Under the pieces are notes generated by a model. It had not been told where the DNA came from. It made no database searches and was given only the letters and a program-made list of their open reading frames with translations. The position numbers were made by a program, and so were the translations under genes. A stretch of 64,000 nucleotides of DNA from a virus. Shown piece by piece: positions 19,701 to 30,411 of the stretch. Position 1 is the stretch's first letter. Each line of letters opens with the position of its first letter. The stretch is from positions 58,233 to 122,232 of IMG/VR virus record IMGVR_UViG_3300020421_003230; one strand, written 5' to 3'.

Positions 19701-19999
19701 TATTTGAATTACTAAAAGATAATGTAGAACAATTAGAAGCATTTGATGAAAAATTAAAACAGGCAATAGAATCTTTACCAAAAGAACAATTGTGGCCTGT
19801 ATTTATAATGATACTCGAAGAACTATATTCACAACAAAAAGGTGAATCTCATGTACCGAAGATTGTAGATAGATTAGGTGATATAGATAAAATACTTGAT
19901 GAGATTTGGTGGGAGGGGCCAGAGGGTGTAGTGTATAAAAGTGTATTAGATTTTTATTGGAATAGAATTAAAAAACATAAGGAGTTAGAAAATGAGTGA
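19697..19999 (+). CDS. Hypothetical protein
   Basis: ATGA-coupled ORF within the operon; no recognisable motif. Confidence 0.6.
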   Translation: MIFELLKDNVEQLEAFDEKLKQAIESLPKEQLWPVFIMILEELYSQQKGESHVPKIVDRLGDIDKILDEIWWEGPEGVVYKSVLDFYWNRIKKHKELENE

Positions 20000-20222
20000 A
20001 AAAAACAATTACGAAGAAAGAGCCACTAAGGCACTTGAAAGTATTGCAGATTCATTTCAAACCATAGAGGATTCAGTACTTGATGTTGATTTTCCTATGT
20101 GGAGTGAAAGATTAGAATGGTACTTAAATGAATTCTTCAAAATTGCACAACAAAGAACTATTGGTAGTTCGAATAGACCAACTGTAGATAGAGAACGAAA
20201 TATTGATGAAACAAAAGAATAA
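19992..20222 (+). CDS. Hypothetical protein
   Basis: 76 aa, AAGGAG upstream, overlaps both neighbours. Confidence 0.6.
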   Translation: MSEKNNYEERATKALESIADSFQTIEDSVLDVDFPMWSERLEWYLNEFFKIAQQRTIGSSNRPTVDRERNIDETKE

Positions 20223-21594
20223 ACTTGGGGTTGTAGTTCCATATAGAAATAGGGAATCACACTTAAAAAGATTTATTCCATACATTAAAAATTACTTGAT
20301 TGAGAATGGTATTGATTTTGAAATCATAGTTGTAGAACAAGATGATAAAAAACCATTCAATCGTGGTAAGTTACTCAATATTGGATTTGAGTTATTAGAA
20401 TCTGATTGTAATTATTTTGTATTTCACGATGTTGATATGTTGCCTGTAGATGCAGATTATAGTTATGTGGATAAACCAATTCATATGGCAACACAATTAA
20501 GTAATGAAAATTATGAATTACAATTTCCATCTTACTTTGGTGGTGTAACTTTATTCAATAGAGATGATTTTAAAACTATAAATGGTTATTCCAACGAATA
20601 CTTTGGTTGGGGATTTGAAGATGATGATTTACTATATCGTTGTGTAAAAAAAGAATTACCTATAGATACAAAAATATTTGGAAACAATAGTAGAATGAAT
20701 TATTCTATGAAATTTAATGGTGATTCTGATTACATAGAAATAGATTCGCCACATCTATTTAATTTTTTAAAAAATGATTTTACAATTTATATTAGTGGTA
20801 AACCAAAAAATATAATTCTTGATAAAAATAATAAAAATGATTACGATGAGTATTTTTTTATATCACAACCTGGTTACAATAGTGGATTATCATTTACAAG
20901 TTTTAATAGATATAAATCAGAACTATGGAACAAAGATAAAAAATCAGTATCTATAAATTCTGAGATAACAGGAGAACATTGGGTTCAGTTATGTTTAACA
21001 AAAAAAAATAATTTATTAAGTTTTTATATTGATGGTAAGTTGGTAGATAGTAAATCAATAGATAGTGTTTATGATTATGGTAATGTACCATTTTACATTG
21101 GATGTGCTAATCCTAAATCTATGTTTTTTAAAGGGATGATTTCAGATGTTGCATTGTGGAATAAATCATTATCCGAAACACAAATAGAAGAAATAGTAAA
21201 TGAGAGTTTACCAATAACAAAAACCACACCTGAAGAATTGTTGGTTTATTATGATTTTAAAAATATTATAAACGATAAGGTTATTGATTTAAGTGGAAAA
21301 GATATTCATGGTAAGTTAAATGGTTGCCAACAAATTGAATATGATAGTAAACAAAAAAGTTCTATACCAATACCATATAGAAGAGAGGGTAGGTTTCAAG
21401 TATTATCACATAAAAGAAATTCTTGGAATGGTATGAAGTGGATTGATAAATTAACAAGATTAAATCAGTTAAAATTTTTTAATGAAGTAAGAACAGATTT
21501 GTTTGATATGAATATTGAGGGATTAAATACACTTCGATATAAAATTACTAATGAAGAAACATTTGAAAACTATAGAAAGGTATCAGTACAATGA
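20203..21594 (+). CDS. GT7-like glycosyltransferase with inserted LamG domain (paralog 2)
   Basis: VVVPYRNR, FNRGKLLNIG, FHDVDMLP, GWGFEDDDL; LamG-like FYIDG...FKGMISDVALWNKSLS. Confidence 0.85.
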   Translation: MMKQKNKLGVVVPYRNRESHLKRFIPYIKNYLIENGIDFEIIVVEQDDKKPFNRGKLLNIGFELLESDCNYFVFHDVDMLPVDADYSYVDKPIHMATQLSNENYELQFPSYFGGVTLFNRDDFKTINGYSNEYFGWGFEDDDLLYRCVKKELPIDTKIFGNNSRMNYSMKFNGDSDYIEIDSPHLFNFLKNDFTIYISGKPKNIILDKNNKNDYDEYFFISQPGYNSGLSFTSFNRYKSELWNKDKKSVSINSEITGEHWVQLCLTKKNNLLSFYIDGKLVDSKSIDSVYDYGNVPFYIGCANPKSMFFKGMISDVALWNKSLSETQIEEIVNESLPITKTTPEELLVYYDFKNIINDKVIDLSGKDIHGKLNGCQQIEYDSKQKSSIPIPYRREGRFQVLSHKRNSWNGMKWIDKLTRLNQLKFFNEVRTDLFDMNIEGLNTLRYKITNEETFENYRKVSVQ

Positions 21595-23015
21595 AACATA
21601 AGTTAGGTGTATGTGTTCCATATAGAGATATTGGAGATGGAGTTCGTAAAGGTCATTTGGATAGATTGGTTCCACATTTAGAAAAGTTTCTTGGTGAACA
21701 AAATATAGAGTTTAGAGTTTATATAGGCCATCAAGTAGATGATAAATTATTTAATCGAAGTGGAACAAAGAATGCGGCATTTCTTGCTGCCATCGAAGAT
21801 GGTTGTGATTATGTTGCAATGCATGATGTTGATATGTTACCTGAAGATGATAAGTGTGATTATAGTTATCCAACAGATTATCCAAGACATATTGCTTGTT
21901 ATCTATCACAATGGGATTATAACTTAAGAGATGTAGAATACTTTGGTGGTGTAATACTTTTTACTAAAGAACAATTTCTTGATGTGAATGGATACAATCC
22001 TGATTATTGGGAATGGGGTATGGAAGATGATGACTTATTTTGGAGATGTGTTAAAAAGGGTTATACACCAAAAACTTTTATAGATGGGCCAGGTAAAACA
22101 AAAGCATTATATTTTAACGGAGTAGATGACCATATTATTGTACCACCAAGTAGAACTTTAAGAAATATCAATAGTAGGTCATTTCAGATTGATATAACTC
22201 TAAGAGGTGAGTTACCAGATAGGTTTCAAGAATATTTAATTGGTAATTTAAATAGTAGAAAATATATTGATTTTCCAATTATAAATCGTAAGGGTTGGGA
22301 TTTTAATATTGGATATAATAATAGTAGAGCATTTTCCACTACGATGTGGACATGGAGAAATGAATTAATTTATACATGGGCAAAACGATATCCTAATAAA
22401 TGGACTAAACTAACTTTAAAAGTTGATGATAGAAATAAAGAAGTTAGGTTTTTAATCAATGATAAAGAAACTGATGCAAGACATGGTACAGGTGCTGAAT
22501 CACCTTTTGTATATAAAGATGGATTGAAGAGATATGGTGGAGTACCATTTACTATTGGAAAGGCACATTCAAGTGGACAAGTGGATTCTAAATATAAACA
22601 TTTTCAAGGATACATACAAGAAATAAAAATTATAGATATGAGAGATAACTTAGTACTACATTATGATATGAGTAAATCAATTGATGGTATTCAAGTAAAA
22701 GATTTAAGTGGTAATGAAAATCATGGTGAGTTACATGGTGGTGAATTAAGAGATGTAGAGATTGATAAGTTTTATGATACTGATGTACCACATAGGAGTT
22801 TTGGTAGAATGAATTGTATGTATCATGATGATGTTGGTATAGTAAATGATAAGTTTACTTTAGATACTACACAAAAAAATGAAGAGTTATATAGGTTACA
22901 AATGCAAAAAGATAAAATTAATATAGATGAGGTTGGAGTTAAACAACAAAAATACAAAATAATTAGTAAAGAAGATATTTATGATAGACACCAAATTATA
23001 AATGTGAGGTTTTAA
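21591..23015 (+). CDS. GT7-like glycosyltransferase with inserted LamG domain (paralog 3)
   Basis: VCVPYRD, FNRSGTKN, MHDVDMLP, WGMEDDDL; ALYFNGVDD...FQGYIQEIKI. Confidence 0.85.
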   Translation: MKHKLGVCVPYRDIGDGVRKGHLDRLVPHLEKFLGEQNIEFRVYIGHQVDDKLFNRSGTKNAAFLAAIEDGCDYVAMHDVDMLPEDDKCDYSYPTDYPRHIACYLSQWDYNLRDVEYFGGVILFTKEQFLDVNGYNPDYWEWGMEDDDLFWRCVKKGYTPKTFIDGPGKTKALYFNGVDDHIIVPPSRTLRNINSRSFQIDITLRGELPDRFQEYLIGNLNSRKYIDFPIINRKGWDFNIGYNNSRAFSTTMWTWRNELIYTWAKRYPNKWTKLTLKVDDRNKEVRFLINDKETDARHGTGAESPFVYKDGLKRYGGVPFTIGKAHSSGQVDSKYKHFQGYIQEIKIIDMRDNLVLHYDMSKSIDGIQVKDLSGNENHGELHGGELRDVEIDKFYDTDVPHRSFGRMNCMYHDDVGIVNDKFTLDTTQKNEELYRLQMQKDKINIDEVGVKQQKYKIISKEDIYDRHQIINVRF

Positions 23016-24587
23016 TTGGATTATTTAGAAGAGATAAAAAAGGCCAAAGCAAAGGCCAAAGACTTCAAAGAGAATCAAGGTGGTGATGAATTAATTGGTG
23101 ATACAAAACTTGATGACCCTACACTTTCATTAGTTAAAGATAAAACTAATAGAGTTAAAGAACTATTAGATGATGTAGGGCCAGGATTTTGTTTGGCTAA
23201 GTGGTATAATGTTTCTATGCATTTAACACATGGTTGGACACATAGTTGTTATCATCCAGAAGCACACAAGATTCCATTAGAGGAGTTGAAAAAGAATCCG
23301 TCGGCTCTACATAATACTGAATATAAGAAAAAGGTAAGAGCTGAAATGATAACAGGTGGTAGACCTAAAGAGTGTACTTATTGTTGGAAAGTAGAAGATG
23401 CACCAGGTAATCATTTATCAGATAGACCACATCGTTCATCGGATGTTTTTAATTATACAGATTTTGAAAAGGCAGTTTCAGAAAACCCATTAGTAACAAA
23501 TTTTAATCCAAGATATGTGGAAGTGAATTTTAATCATTCTTGTAACTTAAAGTGTAGTTATTGTTCACCACATTTATCTTCTACATGGATGCAGGAAATA
23601 GAACAACATGGTGCTTACAATTTAGTTAATGGACTTCATAATGATACAAGTTGGATGTTGGAAGATGAGAAGTTACCATTAAGAGGTACTATGAATAATC
23701 CATACTTAGAAGCCTTTTGGAAATGGTGGCCAGAGTTGTATAAAGATATAAAAATATTTCGTATGACTGGTGGAGAACCATTGATTGATAGAAATACATT
23801 TAAAGTTTTTGATTATGTTATTGAGAATCCAAAACCAAATTTAGAGTTGGCAGTAACTACAAATGCAGTACCACCAGATAACTTATGGGAATTGATGGTA
23901 GAGAAAGTAGCAAAGATGACTAAAGAGGCATCACTTGAACACTTTATGTTATTTGTTAGTTTAGATTCAGTAGGTGAAAAGGCAGAGTATATTCGTAATG
24001 GTTTAGATTATAAAAAACTACAAGAGAATATAGAATATTTTTTTGATAATGTCAAGGAAAGACATAGTTTAACTTTTATCAATACTTATAATGCACTAAG
24101 TGTTACAAGTCATAGAGATTTTTTAAAAATGGTTTTGAAGTTAAGAGAAAAATATTCAGATGAAAGACAATTGATTTGGTTTGATATACCTTATATGCAT
24201 GACCCTAAGTGGCAAAGTTTAAAAAACTTACCACCAAGTTATGATGATGTTATGAGAGAAGATATTAAGTTTATGGAAGAGCATAGAGAAACAAAGGCAA
24301 CAAGGTTTAAAGGATTTAAAGATTTTGAAGTGGATAGGTTAGAGAGAAACCTTGAGTGGGGAGAAGTAAAGTTTGATGGATTAGAACTACAAAGACAACG
24401 AGCAAACTTTTACAAATTTTTTAAACAACATGATGAGAGAAGAGGTACGGATTTCTTAAAAGTTTTTCCTGAGTATCAAGATTTTTGGGAGTTGTGTAAA
24501 AAACAAAATGAAGATTGGGAAGAAAAACGAGATAGAAGTATTAGGTTAAATGAACGAAGAGCTAAAAGGAAAAAAAGAAATGGATAA
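23016..24587 (+). CDS. Radical SAM protein with N-terminal twitch/SPASM-like domain
   Basis: FCLAKW..SCYH..ECTYCW, then CNLKCSYC and TGGEP. Confidence 0.88.
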   Translation: MDYLEEIKKAKAKAKDFKENQGGDELIGDTKLDDPTLSLVKDKTNRVKELLDDVGPGFCLAKWYNVSMHLTHGWTHSCYHPEAHKIPLEELKKNPSALHNTEYKKKVRAEMITGGRPKECTYCWKVEDAPGNHLSDRPHRSSDVFNYTDFEKAVSENPLVTNFNPRYVEVNFNHSCNLKCSYCSPHLSSTWMQEIEQHGAYNLVNGLHNDTSWMLEDEKLPLRGTMNNPYLEAFWKWWPELYKDIKIFRMTGGEPLIDRNTFKVFDYVIENPKPNLELAVTTNAVPPDNLWELMVEKVAKMTKEASLEHFMLFVSLDSVGEKAEYIRNGLDYKKLQENIEYFFDNVKERHSLTFINTYNALSVTSHRDFLKMVLKLREKYSDERQLIWFDIPYMHDPKWQSLKNLPPSYDDVMREDIKFMEEHRETKATRFKGFKDFEVDRLERNLEWGEVKFDGLELQRQRANFYKFFKQHDERRGTDFLKVFPEYQDFWELCKKQNEDWEEKRDRSIRLNERRAKRKKRNG

Positions 24588-25395
24588 GTTATATTCATTT
24601 GGATGTAGTCATACTGCAGGTACACCACAAGTTGGTGCTTCTGATGAACTTTCTCAAGTTGATTATTGGAAATCAGTAACATATCCAAGTCATGTTGCTA
24701 AAGAATTTGGTTTGGAAAATATTAATTTGGCTGTAAGTGGTACTTCATCTAAAGATGTTTATAGAAGATTTTTTAGTACACTTCCAAAAATTACTACTGA
24801 TGATTTTGTTTTATTTCAACCAACATATCCACAAAGAAGAGAACTACACTTGATGTATGATACCGCACCATTTCCAGTTTTAAGAACTGAGTTAGAAGCA
24901 CATAAAACTGAATGGATATTAGAGTTAATAGATAAGGTTGATATACCAAAAAAATATTATACAAATATGAAAGATGCTATTTATTATATGTTGATGAGTG
25001 ATTGGGTATTTTTAGATAGTTTAGTAAGTTTATACAATGTTATGGAGATTTTAGAAGTAAAAAATATAAAATATATTGTTTGTGGATATTATCAACGCGA
25101 TACAATGGTACATATAATTAAAGAAAGAAATAAACTTAAAGATATTTATGCTGGATTGAAAAAGTTACAGGATGGTTATAATAAAGAACCATTTAACTAT
25201 AAAAATCCTATTGATATATTAAATTTAGTAGATGAATTAAATTTAAAAAAAATTCATATTGATAAATGGCCATTGGATTGGCCTGAAACAAAAATAGAGA
25301 AGTATCACATACCAAATGATGGACATTGGAATGAAAGAGGACATAAACATTGGGGTTTAAAATTAATTGAATTGATAAAGGAAATATATTACTAA
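24580..25395 (+). CDS. SGNH/GDSL hydrolase-like protein
   Basis: FGCSHTAG, NLAVSGTS, C-terminal DGHWNERGH; ATG 24580 preferred. Confidence 0.65.
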   Translation: MDKLYSFGCSHTAGTPQVGASDELSQVDYWKSVTYPSHVAKEFGLENINLAVSGTSSKDVYRRFFSTLPKITTDDFVLFQPTYPQRRELHLMYDTAPFPVLRTELEAHKTEWILELIDKVDIPKKYYTNMKDAIYYMLMSDWVFLDSLVSLYNVMEILEVKNIKYIVCGYYQRDTMVHIIKERNKLKDIYAGLKKLQDGYNKEPFNYKNPIDILNLVDELNLKKIHIDKWPLDWPETKIEKYHIPNDGHWNERGHKHWGLKLIELIKEIYY

Positions 25396-26906
25396 TGCCG
25401 TACGGAAGAAAAAATAACGAAACACATAAAGAATATAAGAAAAGAGTTATTGATAGTAAATCTGATTCATTTTGTGGTGCTAAGTGGTACAATGCAACAA
25501 TATGGTTAGGTCATGGTCAAACTGCTAGTTGTCATCATCCACCTGCACATAATATTAATGTAAAAGAACTAAAACTAAATCCATCTGCTATTCACAATAC
25601 ACCACACAAGAAGTTGATGAGAAAATATATGCAAGAGGGTAAACGACCAAAAGAATGTGAGTATTGTTGGAAAGTAGAAGATATAAAAAAAGATAACATA
25701 AGTGATAGAGTTTATAAAACCGAAATATATTCGGATGAGGATTTACAAAAAGCATATGATATGCCATGGGATGCTAATGTTAATTTAAGAACATTAGAAA
25801 TATCTTTTGATAGAACTTGTCAATTTGCTTGTAGTTATTGTAATCCCGCATTCTCAACAACATGGGTTAAAGATATAGAAAAAGATGGCCCATATAAAAA
25901 CATACAATCAGATGGTAGAGGACACTTTATAGATACTGCACCCTGGAGTAAACCATTGGAAGAGGGAAAGAACCCATATATAGATGCCTTCTTTAAGTGG
26001 TGGGAAACCGATTTACATAGAACACTCGAAGAATTACGAATTACTGGTGGAGAACCATTGATGAGTCCTGGTACTTGGAAGTTGTTTGATTGGTTTGAAG
26101 AAAATGCTGATAAATCAAATGTTAGATTTGCAATTAATTCTAATCTTGGTGGTAAACAAATTCTAATTGATAGGTTGATAGAAAAATCACATAACATTCC
26201 TAACTTTCAAGTATTTACATCATGTGAGGCTTTTGGTAAAGATGCAGAGTTTATTAGAGATGGTTTAGATTTTGAATATTGGAGAAAAAATATACGAAGA
26301 TTAATAACTGAGGGAAATCTTCAACAATTAAATATGATGATGACTATAAATGCATTGTGTTTACTTTCTATGGATACTTTTTTAGATTACCTGTTAGAAC
26401 TTAAAAAAGAATTTGGCCCACAATATCCTATGTTTACAGTAAACTTATTAAGGTTTCCAAGTTTTCAATCACCATTAACTTTACCAAAAGAAATAAAAGA
26501 AGAAAGAGCAAATTGTTTTCAAGAGTGGATAGAGAAGAATAAAGATTTGGCTAATAAAGATGGTTGGAAATATTTACAAGATTTTGAAATAGACCAATTA
26601 CAAAGATTGATAGATTATTTACGAGGAGTAGATACACCACATATGTTTACTGCAGAAAGACCTAAATTATTAAATGATTTTAAAGAATTTTATTTACAAT
26701 ATAGTAAACGAAGAGGATTCGATTTTCATAAAATATTTGGATATAGAAAAGATTTTATTGAGTGGTTTGATAATATTGAATTATTAACTAATACTGGTAT
26801 GGGTAAACGAAGTTCAGGTGAAAGTGTTGCAGATTATGATGACCCTAATGTAAAGGAACCAAGAGGTTGGAACACAACCGTAGATAAGTTGGGTAAAAAT
26901 CAATGA
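25395..26906 (+). CDS. Twitch-domain radical SAM protein (paralog 2)
   Basis: FCGAKW..SCHH..ECEYCW; CQFACSYC; TGGEP. Confidence 0.88.
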   Translation: MPYGRKNNETHKEYKKRVIDSKSDSFCGAKWYNATIWLGHGQTASCHHPPAHNINVKELKLNPSAIHNTPHKKLMRKYMQEGKRPKECEYCWKVEDIKKDNISDRVYKTEIYSDEDLQKAYDMPWDANVNLRTLEISFDRTCQFACSYCNPAFSTTWVKDIEKDGPYKNIQSDGRGHFIDTAPWSKPLEEGKNPYIDAFFKWWETDLHRTLEELRITGGEPLMSPGTWKLFDWFEENADKSNVRFAINSNLGGKQILIDRLIEKSHNIPNFQVFTSCEAFGKDAEFIRDGLDFEYWRKNIRRLITEGNLQQLNMMMTINALCLLSMDTFLDYLLELKKEFGPQYPMFTVNLLRFPSFQSPLTLPKEIKEERANCFQEWIEKNKDLANKDGWKYLQDFEIDQLQRLIDYLRGVDTPHMFTAERPKLLNDFKEFYLQYSKRRGFDFHKIFGYRKDFIEWFDNIELLTNTGMGKRSSGESVADYDDPNVKEPRGWNTTVDKLGKNQ

Positions 26907-28270
26907 GTAAGAGAATAAAACCAATATGGAAAAATGGACAACTTGACCCAAAATCACCTAACAAAACTTTTTGTACGGCACCCTGGACACATACTTATAT
27001 CTCACCACAAAGTGAAAGAAGAATTTGTTGTGCTAGTAGAGAAGACCACGATTTTCAAGTTCAGTATATAGATGCTTCTTGGGATGATGGTGGTGGTAAT
27101 GAATATAATCCTATACCTTTAAAAGAACATTGGAATAGTGATTATATGAAAGGACTTCGTAAAGATTTACTTGAGGGTAAAACACGACCAGAGTGTCAAG
27201 TTTGTAACGATGAAGTTTTATCATTATCAACATACAGAGCTTGGTTTACAGGATTTTTATTTAAAGATAAAATTGATGAGATATATGAAACTACTCATGA
27301 TGATGGGTTTACACCACTACCAACAATATCATTTGATTATAGATTTAATAATTCATGTGGATTTAAATGTAGAATGTGTGGTGATTTGTTATCATCAAGT
27401 TGGGAAGCGGAAAAAAGAAAACATGGACATTGGAGTGAAGAAACTGATAGGTGGATGACACCGAAGTATCGTGATAAAATAAAAACTTTCAATGAAGATG
27501 TAGTAGAACCAGAGTTTATGGAAGCGGTAGATAAGGGAATCGTAGAAGAAATTTATTGGGTAGGTGGTGAACCTTTGAATTGGCAATTACATTGGGATAC
27601 TTTAAAAAAGATGGTAGATGAGGGAACATCTAAAAAGTGTTATCTTAGATATAATTCTAATTTGTATAGAGTTGAACATAGAGGTGTAAATTTATATGAA
27701 CAATTACCACACTTTAAAGATTGGATTATGTGTGCTTCAATTGATAGTATCGGTAAGATAGGAGAGTTCATTCGTACAGGATTAAATTGGGAACAATGGG
27801 ATAAAAATTTTAGAGAGGGTTGTGAATTAGATAATAGTAAAATGAAAATGGATTTAACTATTACAGGACCTGGTATGTTTGGTTTAAAGGATTTGTTCGA
27901 TTACTCACTTGAATTGGATGTTGATATATTAACAAAGATTATGTTTGCATTTCATCCTGATATAGTTTTTTCACCATTCTCTTGGCCTAAAGATATTTTA
28001 CATGAAGTAATAGATGATAATTTAGCATACATTGAACCAAGAGCTACAGAGAAACAAATGAGTTTAGTTCGTACATTAAAAGAAATGAAAGAAAGACCTA
28101 CATTTGAAGAACAATTTCCTGATACATATGAAGAGGGATTTAAAAATGGTAGAGCATGGCAACGAGAGTTAGCTAGAATGAGGTTTGACCATTTAAAGGA
28201 TAGGTTATCTATAGAAGATATTTTTAAACAACATGATAGATTATATGAATGGTGGATGAGAGATGTCTAA
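26903..28270 (+). CDS. Twitch-domain radical SAM protein (paralog 3)
   Basis: FCTAPW..ICC..ECQVC; CGFKCRMC; VGGEP. Confidence 0.88.
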   Translation: MSKRIKPIWKNGQLDPKSPNKTFCTAPWTHTYISPQSERRICCASREDHDFQVQYIDASWDDGGGNEYNPIPLKEHWNSDYMKGLRKDLLEGKTRPECQVCNDEVLSLSTYRAWFTGFLFKDKIDEIYETTHDDGFTPLPTISFDYRFNNSCGFKCRMCGDLLSSSWEAEKRKHGHWSEETDRWMTPKYRDKIKTFNEDVVEPEFMEAVDKGIVEEIYWVGGEPLNWQLHWDTLKKMVDEGTSKKCYLRYNSNLYRVEHRGVNLYEQLPHFKDWIMCASIDSIGKIGEFIRTGLNWEQWDKNFREGCELDNSKMKMDLTITGPGMFGLKDLFDYSLELDVDILTKIMFAFHPDIVFSPFSWPKDILHEVIDDNLAYIEPRATEKQMSLVRTLKEMKERPTFEEQFPDTYEEGFKNGRAWQRELARMRFDHLKDRLSIEDIFKQHDRLYEWWMRDV

Positions 28271-29483
28271 AACTTTTTGTTCATTGCCATGGATACATTT
28301 AGCAACACATCCACATGGTGGAGTTACTTTGTGTTGTATTGCAGACCATACTAATAGTGAAAGTAGAGCAAAAAACTTTGATAAAAATGGAAATCCAATT
28401 TGGTTAACATTGGGTAAAGATAGTATTGATGATATCATGAATTCAGATTACTATAAACAAACAAGATTACAAATGTTAAATGATGAAATACCTAAGGCGT
28501 GTGAAAGATGTTTTATTGAAGAAAAAAATGGTATTCGTTCTAAACGATTAGAAGAAAATGAAAATTATAAAGACTTCACAATAGAGAATGCGAAATCGAT
28601 AACAGATGGTAGTGGTAAGATAAATGTTCCGATGAAGTTTGTAGAGTTACGATTAGGTAACTTGTGTAATGTAAAGTGTCGTTCTTGTAATCCCGCCTCA
28701 AGTACAAAATGGGTAAAGGAATATAAAGAGTTAGAAAAGAATTTTGATTTCGTTACGAGTTATCGCTGGGTTGATGATTTTTCTTGGATTGAAAATGATA
28801 AGTTTTGGGATGATTTATTTGATAATTCTGATGAACTTGAAATGATTTATATTAATGGTGGTGAACCTACATTAGTTAAAAAACATTGGGAGTATTTAGA
28901 TAAGTTGGTTGAAAAAGATATGGCTAAAAATATTAGTTTGTGGTATTCTATTAATATGACAAACTTACCACCAAAAACTTTTGATGTTTGGAAAAAATTT
29001 AAAAATGTTAGAGTTAGTTGTTCAATAGATGATATAGATAAAAGAAATTTATATTTACGATATCCAACACAATGGAAATCAGTTTTAAAAAATTTAGATT
29101 TATTATTAGATGAAAAGTATTTAGATGTTTCAGTTTGTCAAACTATTTCATTCCTAAATGTATTTTATATGGATAAATTTTATGATTACTTTCATAACCA
29201 TAAAAAACTTCATGTACATCAAAACATGGTGTACGACCCACAATTTTTATCACCGTGGATTTTACCAATTGAAATTAAACAAGATATCATAGATAGGTGT
29301 GAGAAAGTTATGAATAAATCAGATTTTGATATTTTTAAATCATATATGATGAATAATAAATCAGATGAAAAATTATTACAACAAGGTATTGAATATAATG
29401 AATATCTTGATGGGACAAGAAATGAAAATATGAAAGAAACCTTTAAAGAGTTATTTGATGCATTGGCCAACGATAAAAATTAA
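28263..29483 (+). CDS. Twitch-domain radical SAM protein (paralog 4)
   Basis: FCSLPW..LCC..ACERC; CNVKCRSC; NGGEP. Confidence 0.88.
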   Translation: MSKTFCSLPWIHLATHPHGGVTLCCIADHTNSESRAKNFDKNGNPIWLTLGKDSIDDIMNSDYYKQTRLQMLNDEIPKACERCFIEEKNGIRSKRLEENENYKDFTIENAKSITDGSGKINVPMKFVELRLGNLCNVKCRSCNPASSTKWVKEYKELEKNFDFVTSYRWVDDFSWIENDKFWDDLFDNSDELEMIYINGGEPTLVKKHWEYLDKLVEKDMAKNISLWYSINMTNLPPKTFDVWKKFKNVRVSCSIDDIDKRNLYLRYPTQWKSVLKNLDLLLDEKYLDVSVCQTISFLNVFYMDKFYDYFHNHKKLHVHQNMVYDPQFLSPWILPIEIKQDIIDRCEKVMNKSDFDIFKSYMMNNKSDEKLLQQGIEYNEYLDGTRNENMKETFKELFDALANDKN

Positions 29484-30411
29484 GTTAGATACCACTAACA
29501 CTAAAAGGTCGAGATTTTGGTATGGTTGGTTTGATAGAAATTATTTTCAAGTAACAGAGAACGATTTTGATTTTGAGGTTGTTGTGCCTGATTATGATTA
29601 TCCAGAGAAGTGGAGTTATGATAGAAAAAATATTATAATTGATTTAACATGGGAAGGCCAGGATAAAAAACAATATCCTGCAACCAACGGACATCTTAAT
29701 TTGTACGATTATGTAAATGATGATACTCTTATATTGAATGGTAACGAACAAGAAGATATTTGGGCTAATACTACATATAGTTTTGTTAATATGTTTAAAT
29801 CAAATACACCATCACCTAAAAAAGAAAAGTTTGGTATTTGTTTAAATAGAAGAGATAAAACTCATAGAACAAAAGTTATAGAGTTTTTAAAAGAAAAAAA
29901 TTATATAGATGATTTTATTTGGAGTTATAAAGCTAATGAAGATGAATATAGTGAGGATAGTGTTTTGGTAGATGGAGTTATAGATGGATTAAAACAACAC
30001 CAACCAACGGATTTGTTTGGTAAAACATATTTCAATATAGTTACTGAATCTTTATTTGAGGAACCTGGTTTACCAATATTTTTAACAGAGAAAACATTTA
30101 AGGCTTTGTATAATAAGAACTTGTTTGTTATTTGTGGTGGTTATGGTTGTGTTGATTCATTAAGATTAAAAGGATTTGATGTGTTTGATGATATTATAAA
30201 CCATGATTATGATTTGATAGAAGATTATAATGAGAGATTACAAAAATGTTTAGAATCAATAGAGAAAGTTATGAACCATAAAAGTGAAATAGAAAGTTTG
30301 TATTTATATGGTAATATAGAAGAAAGATTAGAATATAATAAAAAATTAGTTTTGAAAACACCATCAAGACATGTAAAAGAGGTTTACGAAAAGTTATGCC
30401 AGTTAAAATAA
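29455..30411 (+). CDS. Putative GT-B glycosyltransferase, GT10-like motif family (1)
   Basis: ICLNRR..HR; YFNIVTES...FLTEKTFK...GFDVFDDIINHDYD. Confidence 0.5.
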   Translation: MMHWPTIKIKLDTTNTKRSRFWYGWFDRNYFQVTENDFDFEVVVPDYDYPEKWSYDRKNIIIDLTWEGQDKKQYPATNGHLNLYDYVNDDTLILNGNEQEDIWANTTYSFVNMFKSNTPSPKKEKFGICLNRRDKTHRTKVIEFLKEKNYIDDFIWSYKANEDEYSEDSVLVDGVIDGLKQHQPTDLFGKTYFNIVTESLFEEPGLPIFLTEKTFKALYNKNLFVICGGYGCVDSLRLKGFDVFDDIINHDYDLIEDYNERLQKCLESIEKVMNHKSEIESLYLYGNIEERLEYNKKLVLKTPSRHVKEVYEKLCQLK

